Shown: positions 1 through 14,837, counted from the first letter of the whole stretch. The stretch is 63,463 bases of DNA, filler included, from Craspedostauros australis (GCA_030167865.1; 9 parts of 9 records of this genome joined end to end with filler, not necessarily neighbours in it), one strand, 5' to 3'. Translations and numbers: made by a program. Notes: generated by a model from the sequence alone, not told the origin.

Positions 1-22
1 TATACAAAAGCGAGAGGAGACA

Positions 23-3000
23 GTGGAGACGTTCAAGGCTATACGAGCGGCGGTCGGGGAATATGACTCGAGTGGCAAAGTGACGATGGTGATCGCGACC
101 AATCCCGACGGAGAAGAACAGGTGTACGATCGAGAGCACGCAGTCATCGAGCAATGCATGCGAGCCAACGAAGCCAAGTACCGGCAGGCGTATGTAACTC
201 CTCTCCAACAACCGGCAGTCGCGCGAGACGTGCAAAAATACGGAGCGCAAGGAGCAAGTCGGCGGCACCAACGAAAGCTCGACCTACACACGACCAAACT
301 GTTGGAAGCTCTCAGCCAGACTGAAGTCATCCCATGGGAAGAGTCAGACCTAGCTGTCACGACGGAGAGTCATCAGCGGCTGTGGTCGAAGGCACGCGAA
401 AGAACCACGTCAGGTCCATCAGGGCTTCACTTTGGTCTATGGAAAGCGAATGCTCGGTCCGACGAGCTCGCGCGTGTCGACGCTGTCATGAGGGAAATAT
501 CTCTGCGCACTGGATACAACCTTCAACGGTGGTTAGTGTGCACCAATGTCACCTTATTAAAGGAGCCAGGTAACTTTCAAGTCTCCAGGTTCCAAACGAT
601 AAGCCTTGTGGAGGGAGATTTCAATGCCAATCTGAAATGGATAGGGAAAATAATGATGCGACACGCGGAAAAGCATCACCTACTGCCAGACGAACAATAT
701 GGAAGCCGGAAGCAACGCAGCGCAGCAGAGGTCAGTCTGAACAATCGAATGACGGACGACATCGTGCGGTTGACGGCATCCTCCAGCTGCATCTGCTCAA
801 ATGATGCGAAAAGCTGCTACGACAGAATGGCGCACGTACCTCTGGAGCTCAGCATGCAACAGATAGGGGTGCCAGAAGTGGTCGGTCGCAGCGTGACGGC
901 AGCAGTACAGTCTATGCAACATCACGTGCTCACAGGGTTTGGCAAANNNNNNNNNNNNNNNNNNNNNNNNNNNNNNNNNNNNNNNNNNNNNNNNNNCAGC
1001 CAGACTGAAGTCATCCCATGGGAAGAGTCAGACTTAGCCGTCACGACGGAGAGTCATCAGAGGCTGTGGTCGAAGGCACGCGAAAGAACCACTTCAGGTC
1101 CATCAGGGCTTCACTTCGGTCTATGGAAAGCAAATGCTCGGTCCGACGAGCTCGCGCATGTCGACGCTGTCATGAGGGAAATATCTCTACGCACTGGGTA
1201 CAACCTTCAACGGTGGTTAGTGTGCACCGATGTCACCTTATTAAAGGAGCCAGGCAACTTTCGAGTCTCCAGGTTCCGAACGATAAGCCTTGTGGAGGGA
1301 GATTTCAATGCCAATCTGAAATGGATAGGGAAAATAATGATGAGNNNNNNNNNNNNNNNNNNNNNNCTGCCAGACGAACAATATGGAAGCCGGAAGCAAC
1401 GCAGCGCAGCAGAGGTCAGTCTGAACAATCGAATGACGGACGACATCGTGCGGTTGACGGCATCCTCCAGCTGCATTTGCTCCAATGATGCGAAAAGCTG
1501 CTACGACAGAATGGCGCACGTACCTCTGGAGCTCAGCATGCAACAAATAGGGGTGCCAGAAGTGGTCGGTCGCAGCGTGACGGCAGCAGTACAGTCTATG
1601 CAACATCACGTGCTCACAGGGTTTGGCAAATCTACGCGCACATACCCTCACCGCGGGTCCANGCTACAAGGATTGCTGCAGGGGCTCGGAATATCTCCCG
1701 CTGGATGGGTGGCAATGAGTTCCCCGATCATGAAGGCGATGTCGGCCCAAGGATACGGCTTCGCGTCGGTNAGCCCCACCCAATCGGTCAGCACCAAATT
1801 GGTATGCTTTTCCTTCGTGGACGACACGGATCTCATACACACAATCAAAGCAGACGTAAGCGACCCGGAAGCATGCATATCAGAAATTCAGCAAGTGGTT
1901 GATTCATGGGAGGGAATGCTGCGAGCGACAGGAGGTGCACTCGAGCCCAGANNNNNNNNNNNNNNNNNNNNNNNNNNNNNNNNNNNNNNNNNNNNNNNNN
2001 NCGGAATATCTCCCGCTGGATGGGTGGCAATGAGTTCCCCGATCATGAAGGCGATGTCGGCCCAAGGATACGGCTTCGCGTCGGTCAGCCCCACCCAATC
2101 GGTCAGCACCAAATTGGTATGCTTTTCCTTCGTGGACGACACGGATCTCATACACACAATCAAAGCAGACGTAAGCGACCCGGAAGCATGCATATCAGAA
2201 ATTCAGCAAGTGGTTGATTCATGGGAGGGAATGCTGCGAGCGACAGGAGGTGCACTCGAGCCCAGAAAAAGTTATTGGTACCTCATGGCGTTCAAGTGGG
2301 ANGGCCAGGCGTGGCAGTATAAGAGTNTCGCCGAGCAGCCAGGTGACATCAGCATCCGACAACCGGACAGCCAGCAGCGGTCGACGCTTGTGAGGCTCCA
2401 CGTTGATCAAGCGCGCAAGGCGCTGGGGGTAATGGTGCGACACGATGGGATCCAGGATGATAACGAGCAGTACTACACAAAGAAGGCCAACCAGTGGGCG
2501 GATAAAATGAGGCGAAGTCGCATGCTCCGAATACATGCATGGATAGCGATGAAGGCGACCATCTGGAAGGCGCTGGAATACCCGCTAATGAGCGCAACCT
2601 TCACGAACGCGGCATGTGAGCGAATCATGCGGCCGGTCCTGTTGGCGTCACTTCCAGCAGCAGGTCTGCAGCGTAACATGTCGAGAAAGATCATATTCGG
2701 GCCGTCAGAAGGGCTGGGCATGGAGGTGCATCACCTGTACTATGTGCAAGTAACGAAACATCTCGAAGCCCTAGCGCGGCATTGGATGCGGAGCACGCTG
2801 ACGGGAAAGCTCATGCACACTCTGGTGGAGTTGATGACAATTCAAGTCGGAGTACCGGATGTGATGAGCATGGAGCCTAGCGCATGGAGCCATCTCGCGT
2901 CGGAATCCTGGATGAAGGCTGTGTGGCTGGAGACAAAGAGGGTGGGCATTACAGTGCAGTGGGAGAACCGGATACTGCACGCCCCACGAGAAAGTGATGC

Positions 3001-3907
3001 GCCAATCATGGTGCGCATCAAAGCCCTCAAGCTCGGGCAACAAGCAGAGCGAATTGTCAATCTATGCAGGATATCCAAGCAAGTATTTTGGATGTCGGAC
3101 ATCGTCACGGCGGACGGTCGCAATCTTCACCCAGCGGCGGAACAGCCAGGTCGCATCCCTCTTCGGCAATCTTGTATGCGGTGGCCGCCAGTGGGAAGCA
3201 TTGGCAGCGCAAGTTGGCGCTTGTGGAGTCAAGCCATCCGAGGCCTCTTCCAAGCGTCACGCACCCAGTCGGCAAGGTTGGGGCAAGCGCTGGGAGATTG
3301 GAACGAGTACTCGTCGCAACGGCCGGAGGTGTTCTGGGACCCAGCCAGTGACAGAGTGAGCCTACCGCTATCACAGCAGCAGTTTCGACGGGTGCCACAG
3401 CGGGGCAGACGACGGGCCTACGAACTCATGGAAGGGAACGCAGACGAGGCATCACATGTGGCCGACGGCTACTGGCAGGGAGCACAGCTCATCATCACGA
3501 ATACAGCGCAAGGAATCCAGCCCGACCGAGCGAACTCGGTAGGCATGGACGAAGCGTTGGTGAGGCTGCCATCGTCGAAGAAATGGTCAGTTCGGCGATA
3601 CGAAATTCAAGGCAGCTGGGACACAGTGGCCAAGGCAGCCCAGCGAGGTACGCTCATGGCGTGCAGCGACGGGTCTGTGGCCAACGGTACAGGCGCGTCG
3701 GGCGCGGTACTCCTCGCAAAGTGCAATGGCGAAACGGCACAGCTTCTGATAACGAACTTGGCACCTGCTACGGACGGAACCATGCAGTCCCACCGAGCAG
3801 AGCTTGCGGGTATGTATGGAGTTCTCGTGATAGTGGCTACGGTCTGTGAAGTCTACGGCATCACCGCTGGCGCAGTGGTGGTGGGCTGCGACAACGTCGG
3901 AGCTCTA
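23..3907 (+). mobile_element. Non-LTR retrotransposon ORF (reverse transcriptase + RNase H), Ambal-like diatom LINE; partial at both ends
   Basis: RT motifs QYGSRK, NDAKSCYDR, LQG..SP, FVDDTD and LGV, then RNase H motifs ACSDGS, SHRAELAG and GCDN. Segments ~313-946/997-1630 and ~1688-1951/2002-2266 are duplicated around 50-N gaps (assembly overlap). The clade name is from recalled diatom LINE architecture. Confidence 0.9.
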
Positions 3908-4007
3908 NNNNNNNNNNNNNNNNNNNNNNNNNNNNNNNNNNNNNNNNNNNNTTAATTAATTAANNNNNNNNNNNNNNNNNNNNNNNNNNNNNNNNNNNNN
4001 NNNNNNN
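3908..4007. other. Artificial scaffold linker (N44-TTAATTAATTAA-N44)
   Basis: 100-nt N block with a six-frame stop linker at 3952-3963. Confidence 0.97.
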
Positions 4008-7000
4008 GAAGTTTGAGTCGCTGTCGAACTCCGCATCAGTTTCGTGGGGGGACTTGCATCCTCGGTTGAATACGGTCTCCACACCATCGAGACACCTCAG
4101 GTTGTCGCACGATCCCTTGAAGACCTGCGCTTTGACAGATTGGAATTGAATCTCATCATCACCGGAGTCCCTGCCACCATCGCCGAAGTTATCATCCAGA
4201 CAAGTGGAGACCTTCATCAACGATCCTGTTCCATTCACTGCATACCACGTGCCCTTCCTAGCCACCACATCCTGCACGCTGGATAGCTCGCAAGACGGTG
4301 TGTCGTCGCTGGCCGCGTTGCGATGGGAAGCATACAGTTTGCGGAACGAGAATGATGACAACCCATCGATCGACTGCGCTTTGTGACAGATGTCATTGTC
4401 AGCCGTTTGGCGAATCGACAGTTGATAGTCGACATTCTCAGGGTCAATTGTGGATGCAGAAGTAGAGATTGCTGCAGGTGCTGATGCTGATGCTGATGAC
4501 GACGATCTCAGTCCGTTGCGCTTGCTGCCATTTTCGGCGCTACCGTTGCCGTCACTATTGGCATTACTGTTGGTACTGGTACTGGATATGGATAATCCGT
4601 CGGCAGGATTCCAATCGGGATGGTCAGCAGGAGGAGCAGAAATGGCGAGGAAATACTCTTCATCATCCTCTGAATACCACGTCACCTGATTGCGAGATCC
4701 ACACGAGACGCTGCTCGTCTCCGTGGCACATTGCAAACTGCTGCAATCCCCCCTGAACACAGTGATGTAAGCTGGGGCGTTGCCTTGGACGGAACTTGGG
4801 TTGACGTTGCTACTGCTCGTACTGCTGTCACTGCCACTATCGTTGCCACTACCGTTGTCGATGCAAGTGGATGCAGTCACGATGCCCGACACGTTCGTCT
4901 TCACGGAGTACCACGTGGCAACTCCAGACTTCACACCGCAAGATGCCAACGATGTGTCTGCCGGTGTCGCATATTCGTATGACCCTGTCACGACAACAGC
5001 TGGCTTGATGGATGGCATCGATGTTTCGGACTCTGATGTGGTGGTCAGGATGACATCGAGAGGCCTCGCGATCTCGCATCTATCGTTTGACGCGATGAGT
5101 TGGGATCGTATGGTGTAATCGAATGGCTCCATTCCGCCAATCGCAACAGTCACAGATTCTCTCTTCGCTGCCGAAATGACCAACGCGCATTGTCTTGTTG
5201 TACAGTTGCCGAACGCTATCGCACAACCGAGATCGTCGCAGCTTGCTCCATCGAAGGCGACCATCCATGTTGCGAGCGAAGAATCCGACGTCATTTCGAT
5301 GTTGATGGCTTCGTCACCGCCGTTGGCATCGGCTTCAAGCCCATCAATTGCTATCCATGAATGATATCCGGTCCAGGACTCTTGCTCGTCACAACCGATT
5401 GTGGTTTGCGTCATGTTGCGCGATGCTCCACCAGATGTCTGAGATGACGTGGCCGTTGGAGATTTCTCACGCACAAGATCAACCGCCTCTCCGTCAACGC
5501 CCACCGCGACAGATCCTTCGCATGTCAGGCTTGTGAGGAAGGTTGTTGCGGGGGAGGCTGGAGACTGGGTGGGAGTTGATTCTGCCCCACGGCCTCCTGC
5601 ATCTGAGGAATCATCATCTTCGCATTGGTTCATCTCGGGAAAGAGCGAACAAGCGCTTGTGAGCATGACAATACCAACGATGATCGAAAGGACAATACAC
5701 GCGCACAGGGCTGTCAGTCCAGACGAACATTTCCGATCACCGCTAGGATCTCTGTTCTTATCAGTGTCACCGTCCGCGAGGTTGTCGGCCAAACTGCTTT
5801 CCGTTTCACGCGGTTGGTTTGCTTCAGCGTCATCATATCGAATGATGTTGCCATCGGCATCAACGATCTCGCGTTCCATCTCTTCCGCAAGGACAGGTTC
5901 GCCGAGGGAAGGATCCACCACGTTGATAATTCTGTTGCCCCTTCGTGTTCGCGGACCCTCTCTGCTTCGTTCTTGCCCCACTGTCGGTTGACCAGGGACA
6001 CGGGCAGAGCGAGCGCTGAGGATGCCACCATCGATTTCGCCCGATGGTGTGCTGTCTCTTTCATGTGTCTGGCTCTCGTCTTCTGTTCCAGAAGTCGATA
6101 GATCGTCAACCAGCTCGCCCTGCGCCGTGTATAGACCGTTGTGTGCGGACGGGTCGTATTCCTGTGCACCTGCGGCTTGGCGAATGACCACGTGCTCGCC
6201 GCCTTGCTGTTGTGCAAGCAATAGGTCTCCTGGGACCAGTGCCCCTCCCGATGCAGCCATTGCGCTAGATCGCTGACCGACTGAACTGGACCCGGTGGAC
6301 CAATCATCGCCATGGCTGCGGAGTCGCGGCAGTCGCGAGTTTTGCTGTCGGTCACCCTCCAACTCACCGTCGTAGATCTGGGGTCCGACCGCGGCATCGT
6401 CGGTGTCACGCTTTTGTGTGATAGTGCCGGACCTGCCATTTGCGTGAAAGGAAGGATTCAGCTTGTTGATTGAGCCAGCAACGCTGTCATCATTCTGCGC
6501 CTCTCCCTTACCGCTGGTCTCATGTGCTCGTTGGCTTGTCAGCTCCTCTGTTGAAGCTGTGGCTGCGTTGCTACTGCCGTTGCTGCTGTTGCCGTTCTTG
6601 TTGTTGCTACCTCTCTGCTTGCCGTTGCCGTTGATGTTTCCCCTCATCCAAGCGTCTGGCGAAATCAGGGATTGAGATGCAACGGAACGCAGATCGTTTT
6701 GATCTGAAGACGGGCGTCTGCGATGATTGCCTTGCGCGGTGTTTCCACCTGCCCCAATGTCACCAATTTGCGTGACCGCGATATTGTCATCGTCTTCAAG
6801 TATCTTCGTTCTCGGCCGCCGGACGCTCGCTGTGCTCATGCTGTGCCTGCTGGTTTTCTCATCTTTCTCGTTCTTCTCAATGTCTATGTCCTGACTGGTG
6901 GACTGGCGATTGATGGATCGACGATCATACATGCGGGACCTGCGACGGCGAGTGAGATGGTCGCTGCCACTTCCAAGACCTTCGGTTCCGCCTGTGGTGT

Positions 7001-7531
7001 GTCTGGTGAGCCTTTGAGTCGGGCCCGGGGACTCATGATCCGAGGCGCTGTGTCCCAGAGTAGTGGCGGTTTCCTTGATGCGCACACTGCGGCGAGAATT
7101 GCTTCGCTGGATAGGCCTGTCTCCGTCGCTGCCGTTGCCGTTGCCAGATTGGCGTTGGCAGTGGTCGCCACTGGGGATGTCTCCATCGCTTTCCACAGCG
7201 TCATCTGTGACCGCGCTGGTTTCGTCTTTGTCGCTGCTCGTGCGTCTGACTTCGTTGTCACTGCTATTATCGTCGCTACCGCTACCGCTACCGCTGCCGT
7301 TGTTGTTGTTGTTGTCGTTGCTGTTGTTGCTAGTTCGACGCTCTTCATCGTGTGACTGCAAGTCGTGGGGCAACTCGTCAATCTCGCCGAAGCTTGCAAC
7401 ATCGCTGTCCACGGCGTCGCTCACAGAGTCTTCAGCGCCTACCGGTCTGGCAGTATCTCCATGCTCGTGCGAGTCACTGACATGTTCTGTCTCTTCGTTG
7501 TTGTTGCTGTTGTTGTTGCTGTTGTTGTTGC

Positions 7532-7571
<40 letters not shown>

Positions 7572-7616
7572 ACTGTTGCCACCATCAATCCCGCTGCTGC
7601 GTTCGGAAGAACTCAT
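4008..7616 (-). CDS. Large type II single-pass membrane protein with Cys-rich extracellular repeats, copy A (3'-truncated by scaffold end)
   Basis: Open frame from ATG at 7616. About 620 aa disordered N-terminus, TM segment LTALCACIVLSIIVGIVMLTSAC, then NDxCxxA...WY...STC...GxCxxLxC repeats. Near-identical to 19170-22724. Confidence 0.85.
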
Positions 7617-7865
7617 CCTAGTTGCTTCGTGGTGTTCCTTGAATCGTTTCCCTCACAACGATTGCTCCTGTGTTGGGTGGCTGCTGATCAGTCTGTGACT
7701 CTCAGCTCTCTATTGCATTGCCTGCAGGCCCTGCCGACGACCACAAGCACGACCACGACTTCGAGTGCGCCTCCTTGGGTCTTACAATTTGTGTTTGGTT
7801 GTCCCACTGTCGCCTCGTCTCGCCTCGTTTGCAAGGGAGATGCGCACGAGTGTAGTGCGATACTC
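4008..7865 (-). repeat. Segmental duplication matching 18914-22724 (+)
   Basis: Long near-identical match covering the CDS plus ~250 bp upstream. Similarity stops abruptly at 7865 / 18914. Confidence 0.92.
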
Positions 7866-8617
7866 TATGATTCTCTGCGAGTACTATGAGTATGAGTATG
7901 ATGTACGTCCTTCTCTGTAGATCATAGAGTACACGTCCGTGTGGTATGTAGCTGAGAGCTGGTGGAAGCAAAGTTGCCGTTGCGACGGAAAGAGTTGAGT
8001 GCGTATGGTACGATGGCAACAACGGCAACACGGGCACCGTGTGGGAAGCCGTCTTTCTTCGCGGGAGATGGCAACAACGTTGTTGCACTGTCCCCGTTCC
8101 TTGTTGGCCAGAGTAGTCGACGCTGCTTGTATTCGCGCTCCTTGTTGCTTTTATGGTTTCGGCACATCCAAAAGCGGTGGCTTCGTCGTAGCGATGACGA
8201 CAGCGTTGATGTTGTCTCGTATCGTCGCTCTCTGTGTAGTCTTCGTGGTCTTTTCCTGATCGAAGCCACAAAACTACACAAGGGGGGGACAGCACGCATG
8301 ATACGGTACTCTGCGGCGACGAAAATATGTGAAGGCATACGCTACTTGCGCAGTATAGAGGCGGCTGTCGTACCAAATTCCAACATTGCCCTGCGAGATA
8401 CATGAACTCGCACTCAGGAACACGGGTACGTGGATACGAGCTACGGCTACTCCAGAGTCACACGCACGCGTAATCCACTTGTATGCAACCGATCTCTGCA
8501 CCAAAAGAATACTCAGCTTTATTGTATTGGTACATCATAACATTCGAGGATGTCATATCACGATGCATGACTCTATCATGAACTCGCACACCTGTATCGG
8601 AACGTGCCTCTCAGTGA

Positions 8618-10124
8618 TCATGAACTCTCACGACCCGCGACGGTCGTTGGCTGCGGCACAGCCGATTCGATGTTTTCTTCGCCGCGCTTGCCCAATCGTC
8701 CGACTTCATCCTTGTCCAGCTGCTCGTAGGTCTGCCCCATGGCCAACTGCGCGGACTGCTGTGCCTCGCCTGGCAGCAGCTGCTGCATGATGGTGTAGGT
8801 CGCAGACAGATGATCCATCGATAGCGCGACACCGTCCGGTTGCAGCTTGGACAGAGCCGGGCGGATGGAACGCGCTGGTGGGTAGTTGCACACGCCGATG
8901 ACTTCGAAGGTTTTATGGCAGGCCTCCGGGGTGGAGAGGACATCGACGAGGACCGTCGCAACATCCTGGCGGTTGATGCGGCCGGCGGCGATATCGCCCT
9001 GGGTGAAGATCGGACGTGATCCAATTGGCCAATTGTCGTTGAGGCCAGCAGGTCGGACGATCGCGTAGTTGGCTCCTGTGGTTTGGATGTACGTTTGCGT
9101 TTGCGTTTGGATTTTCATGTGTATAGATGAGTGAGTGAGTGTTTGGTGGTGTTGTGAAATGTACGAATAGTATGGTGCAATAGATCGTGCACACATGCGC
9201 GGTTTGGCGCATGCCCTTCTTCCTGACACATGTGTCTCTCATGTCATTCGCAAACACCTTTTCCTTGTTTCGGTTTGCTGCTTCGATGCTCAAGATGATT
9301 TTCATTGCTCTATGGTGCATCCAGACATGTGTCATTCATCGCTTCATTCGTTCATGACGCAATCGTATGGTATCGTACATACCTGTCTCACGCAGCTTCT
9401 GTTCGCTATCGGCTTTGACGCCCAAAATACCAAACGGATTCAACCGCACGATGGGAATGTCAGCACTGCCCGGAAAGCGCTTCTTCTTCGCGTCATCCCA
9501 CGCTGGACGCGTCACGCCTGCCGACGACAGCATCACGATTTTGGGATAGATGGCGTCACCGTTGGCCGATGACAGGGCCTTTCCAATCGCGGGCACGCCA
9601 ACCGCATCGATGGACTGTTGCGGTACCAACGCGATGCCGAACAGACGCTTGAGCCGTTCGATGATGGAGGTTTGCGCATCGGAGAATCCCGTCGCGCACC
9701 AGATGACAGCGTCGCATCCGTCGATGGCTTGGCCGATGGCGTCGGCGTCGGACAGGTCGCATTGGGTGATGGTGAGCGCGTCGTCGGCCGTGTCGGGGAA
9801 GACTTGCGATGCTTTGTCCATGTCGCGCACCAAGCCGACGACTTCGACGTCGCGATTTAGCAGCTCTTGCACGACCAACGATCCGGTGCGGCCCGTGGCG
9901 CCCGCGACGGCGACCTTGCTGACCACGGTGTTGGTGGGGATGAAGGGGGTGGCATCGTCTTCGCTGTCCTTGGATGCCGCCAGATGAGAGCGAGGGGAGG
10001 TCGTCGGACGGATGGAGGATCCGCTGATCTGAGATCCAATCGTGAACGCATGACCAAAACGTGAGCAGCTCACGCCCACCACGGCGACGAGCAGGTACGA
10101 TGCAACCGAAGCTTTCACCATCAT
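8618..10124 (-). CDS. Plastid-targeted NAD(P)-binding Rossmann-fold protein (atypical SDR / NAD(P)H-binding family); exons 10124-9383 and 9075-8618
   Basis: VAVAGATGRTG nucleotide-binding motif, DAVIWCATG, MLSSAGV, YAIVRPAGL, GRINRQDVA. Signal peptide ending GHA-F plus Ser-rich transit peptide. GT-AG intron 9382-9076 restores the frame (LRETG|ANYAIVRP). Confidence 0.88.
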
Positions 10125-10741
10125 TCTTCGTTGTCTCCTGTAATGTTCCACTTTGCGAATGCTATGTTGCTCGTCGGTGATTGTTTGTGCTTGTCGGGTT
10201 GTGCGAAATGAGATGAGACGAGATGAATTCGGTGTGTTCGTATTGCGCGCTGGTTGAATGAGTGTGTTGATGATGGCATGTGATGAGATCGCAGATTGAC
10301 GTGTTGTGGCATTGTTGGCATCATGATTTCGTCATCAGGGGCTGCGGTGAAGTATATGTTTCAGTATATTATTCGTGTGTGTCCTTCGTCCGTTCACTTT
10401 TTCTTTATCCAGAACCAATCGACCAAAAACACCAACCAACAAAATCAGCACACGTCAACACATCAAAACACTGCACACCCGTATTCGTACGCTACACGGC
10501 ACAGACAGGAGCTCTCTGAGGCAAACAGAGGAAAAGGAAGATCGTCACAACGTGGATCCAACTGAAGGGAACAACCCAGCATTGCCTGACTGCTGCTGCT
10601 GTTGCTGTGTATTATATAATATAATCGATTGTATATAACTTGCTTGCGGTGCGCCCCACTATTGTGATTAGCACCAGAGTGCTCGCACAGGGACGAACAG
10701 AGCCATCAACAGCGGCAGAATACACACACAACGGCAGCACC

Positions 10742-13700
10742 ATGGAAGGCTCCGACCTGAAGGACAACCACCGTCACAAGACGAGGAAGGAAGGCCGCGG
10801 TGCCAAGGAGAAGAAGCGAGAATTGAAGGCCAAGAAGGATGGAACGCGCAAGGAACGCCACAACCCGCGGGCCTTCTCGGTGGCCAACATCGGCCGCACG
10901 AAGCGGACCATGCAACGCAACCTCGATCGCGGCCAGCAGAAGGAGTACGTTCCGCTGACGGATCGCCGCTCGGCCGAGGCCAACCAGGCGCCGCCCGCGT
11001 TGGTCGTCGTCATGGGACCGCCCGGCGTCGGCAAATCCACCCTCATCCGATCGCTCGTCAAGTACTACACCAACCACAACCTCACCACCATCACGGGGCC
11101 CATCACGATCGTCACGGGCAAGTACAAGCGCATCACGCTCTTTGAATGTCCCAACGACACCGCCAGCATGCTGGATTGCGCCAAAATCGCCGATCTCGTC
11201 CTGCTTTGCGTCGACACCAAATTCGGTTTCGAGATGGAGACCTTCGAATTCTTGAACATCCTCCAAACGCATGGTTTCCCAAAGGTCATGGGCGTCTTCA
11301 CCAATCTCGATCAATTCAAGACGGCCAAGAATCTGCGCAAAACAAAGAAGACGCTCAAGCAACGCTTCTGGACGGAGATCTACGATGGTGCCAAGATGTT
11401 CTACTTCTCCGGCATCATCAATGGCAAATATCTCAAGAACGAGATCAAGCAGCTTACCATGTTCATATCGCGTGTCAAGGTGTGTATCAGCCAGTGCCTT
11501 TGCACGTATACATGTGTGTGGATGCGTGGATGTGGATAAAATTGCACAAATATGATTCCATGTCATGTCACACAAACTCCACAAAGCATGGGAAGCAAGT
11601 GCACGCATTCATGCATGATGCAATGACGAACGGAAAAACTTTGGTGACTTCTGTCTGAGCATCTGTCCTCTGAGGCAGATCACGTGAAACGAGAACGAGT
11701 TGACAAAATGTCGAATACATTCCGAGCATCATCATCATGAATTTACATATCCTTGCTTGTGGCATCGCACACATATACGTTATGGCACACACTGGCTGCG
11801 ATTGTGCAATACCAATGGGTTGTCATGATGTGTGGAAACGCATTGATTGCAAATCGTCAACTGACATGGTTTCCTTTCATTCAATCGCATCTGCTCCATC
11901 ACCCACGTACTTGCGCTGTACATACAGTTCCGCCCGCTGATTTGGAGAAACACGCATCCCTACGTCCTCGTCGATCGTCACGAAGACATCACCGATCCCA
12001 ACCGCATTGATGAAGATCCAGACTGCGATCGCACAGTGACATTTTATGGTTACGTACGTGGCAGCAACATGAAACCTGGCATGAAGGTCCATCTGATCGG
12101 CGTGGGAGATTTCAATATGTCCGACATGACCATGCTCACCGATCCATGTCCCATCCCTGATCCCAAGCAAAAGACGCTCCAAAAGAAGAAGGATGCATTA
12201 CTCTTTGCGCCGCTCTCCAACGTCGGCGCAGTGTCGTTTGATAAGGATGCCGTGTACATTGACATTGGTCGAACGAATTACACCAAGACGAAGGATCTTC
12301 AGCCACCAAAGACAGGCGATGAATCGGATGACAACGACGGCAGCGACGATGACAGCGAAGATAGCGACGATGACGGACCACAGTACGATCCCGATCAACC
12401 CGCCGGCATGTTGAAAGGACTGCAAGATGTCGATGCCGTCGACGAGAAGATGGAACGTTCCACCCTCCGGCTCTTCAAAGGCAGCAAGGCCGTTGTGGCA
12501 GGTTCCGACGACGAGAGCGACAGCAGCCACAGCGACGAAGACGATGCTCCATCAGCCAAAGACCAGAGTATAGACAAGAGCAAGTTGGCATGGCTGCGTG
12601 AAGGCACCCCTTTCGGAAGAAGACGAGGCAACTACGATGATGATGGTGATGAAGATGACGGCAGTGGGAGCGATGATGCAAGTGAGGGCGATGAGGAAGA
12701 TGATGGTGACTATGACTCTGATAGTGGTGAAGATGATAGCGACAATGACGATGACAGTGACGACGAAGATGAGGAAGACGATGATGGCGAGGAAGACGAA
12801 GACGAGACCAACAACGGCGACAAGCCCACGTCATGGAGAGAAAACCTCGCTGAACGTGCTGCACAGAACTTCTTGGAACGCCAAGCTTCTCTCCTGAACC
12901 TCCAAGACTTGGTATACGGAAATGCACAAAGATCAGTTTCCAGCAGCAATCGTAGCAGCAACAACAACGAGGATGAGGACGGCGCATCTGACGACGATGA
13001 CGATGAGCTGTTCAAGTTGAAGTCGAGTACCAGCAGCAGCAAGAACAACAGCGATGCAAGCAATCCATTCGGATCCTCCTCTGCACGAGACAGCGGATTA
13101 GGAGAGGACGACTCCTCGCGTCGGGTGGGTGACCAAGCCATCCAGTTGGACATGGAGAAGTGGTTGGAGGAAGGCGGCGAGACGTTGATCGAGTCCATCC
13201 GTGATAAGTTCGTGACGGGCAACTGGGACAACGGTGAGGATGCACAGCCAGGCGATACGGAGGGTGGCTTTGATGACTTTGAAGATTTGGAAACGGGCGA
13301 GAAGTTTGGTCCGGGCGGACAAGTCATCAGCGACGACAGTGACGATGACGATGACGGCCCGGCCTCTGATGGAGACGATAATATTGGCAATCCAACCGAA
13401 GGAATGACGGATGAAGAAATCCGAGCCTACAACATCGAACGCAAGGCGCGGCAGAAGAGCCGATTCAACGAGGAGTACGACGAGGAGAAGATGGAGGACG
13501 GTGGCGACATGAAGGACGATGAGGCCGAGAATGACTACCTCGAAACGCTGAAGCGTCAGAAGGAGGAAAAGATCAAGCGCAACGAGGAAGAGTTCGGTCA
13601 GGATGGCGAACGCGCTCGTCAAAAGCACGAAGGCTTCCGACAGGGATTGTACTGCCGCATCCAAATCGCTGGCGTCCCGGTCAACTTCCTCGAAAACTTC

Positions 13701-14837
13701 AAGCCCGAGCTGCCTCTCGTACTGGGTGGACTGACACCGCAAGAGACGAAGATCGGTTTCACGCGCTGTCGCTTCAAGAAGCACCGATGGCACAAGAAGA
13801 TCCTGAAGTGCAACGACCCGTTGGTGTTCAGCGTGGGATGGCGGCGATTCCAGAGCATCCCCACATTCTCCACGGAAGATGACAACGGTCGCCACAGGTA
13901 CCTGAAGTACACGCCGGAGCACATGCATTGCTTCGCGACCTTCTTCGGTCCGCTGGTGCCACCCAACACGGGAATCCTCGCCATCAAGTACATGACGGGC
14001 AACCTCGCTGGCTTCCGCATCGCCGCTACGGGAGTCGTGCTGGAGCTGAACGCCTCCTTCCCCATCGTGAAGAAGCTGAAGCTCGTCGGCACGCCCACGA
14101 AGATCTACCGCAACACGGCCTTCGTGTCGGGCATGTTCAACAGCAACCTGGAAGTGAGCCGCTTCGAAGGTGCCAGCATCCGCACCGTGAGCGGCATCCG
14201 CGGGCAGATCAAGAAGGCCATCCGCGAAGGGCAACCGGGATCGTTCCGTGCGACGTTCGAGGATAAGATCCTGAAATCGGACATCGTCTTCTGCCGGACC
14301 TGGATGCCCGTGGAGCTGAAGGAGTACTACAATCCAGTGACCAGCCATCTGACGCAGGGCGGCGTCGATGGATGGCGCGCCATGAAGCCCAAGGCGCAGC
14401 TCCAGATCGAGACCAACACGCCCATCGAGGTGAATCCGGATTCCATCTACAAGCCCATCGAACGCCCGGAGCGTCGATTCAACAAGCTGTTCGTCCCTAA
14501 GAAGCTGGAGGCGGCGTTGCCGTACGCCAGCAAGCCCAAGGACAACGTGAAGCGCAAGAAGAACAAGAAGGGTTATCTCGAAAAGCGCGCCGTTGTGATG
14601 GACTCCGCCGAAAAGAAGAAGTACGCCTTCCTGCAGGCCTTGAACACCATCCGCAACGAGAAGGTGAAGATCCGCAAGGCCAGCAAGGCCCAGCGCAAGG
14701 TGGACAAGGAGAGGCAGAGCGCCTTCGCGGAGGCGGCCAAGGCGGCGGCACGTCGCGCCAACAAGAAGCGGCAGTATCGTGCGGAAGGCAAGCGCGACAA
14801 GGCCCGCGAGGTGAAGCGATCCAGGCAGGATTCATAA
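10742..14837 (+). CDS. BMS1: Ribosome biogenesis GTPase BMS1; exons 10742-11479 and 11928-14837
   Basis: [10 protein letters not shown]-loop [27 protein letters not shown], acidic middle region, C-terminal [11 protein letters not shown] / RYLKYTPEH / [13 protein letters not shown]. Phase-0 GT-AG intron 11480-11927 joins [17 protein letters not shown]. Confidence 0.96.

Noticed and set aside
313..2266. Apparent tandem duplication of RT subdomains in the LINE (similar cases at 32606-33518, 49134-50722, 56930-57900, 58552-59373, 61307-62646)
   Set aside because: Each duplicate begins or ends at an N gap. These are overlapping contigs from different copies or haplotypes, not real domain duplications.
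10706..14348. Antisense ORFs over BMS1 (10706-11608, 13098-14348), and similar ones over SLC34 and the membrane proteins
   Set aside because: Expected shadows of GC3-biased coding sequence on the opposite strand.
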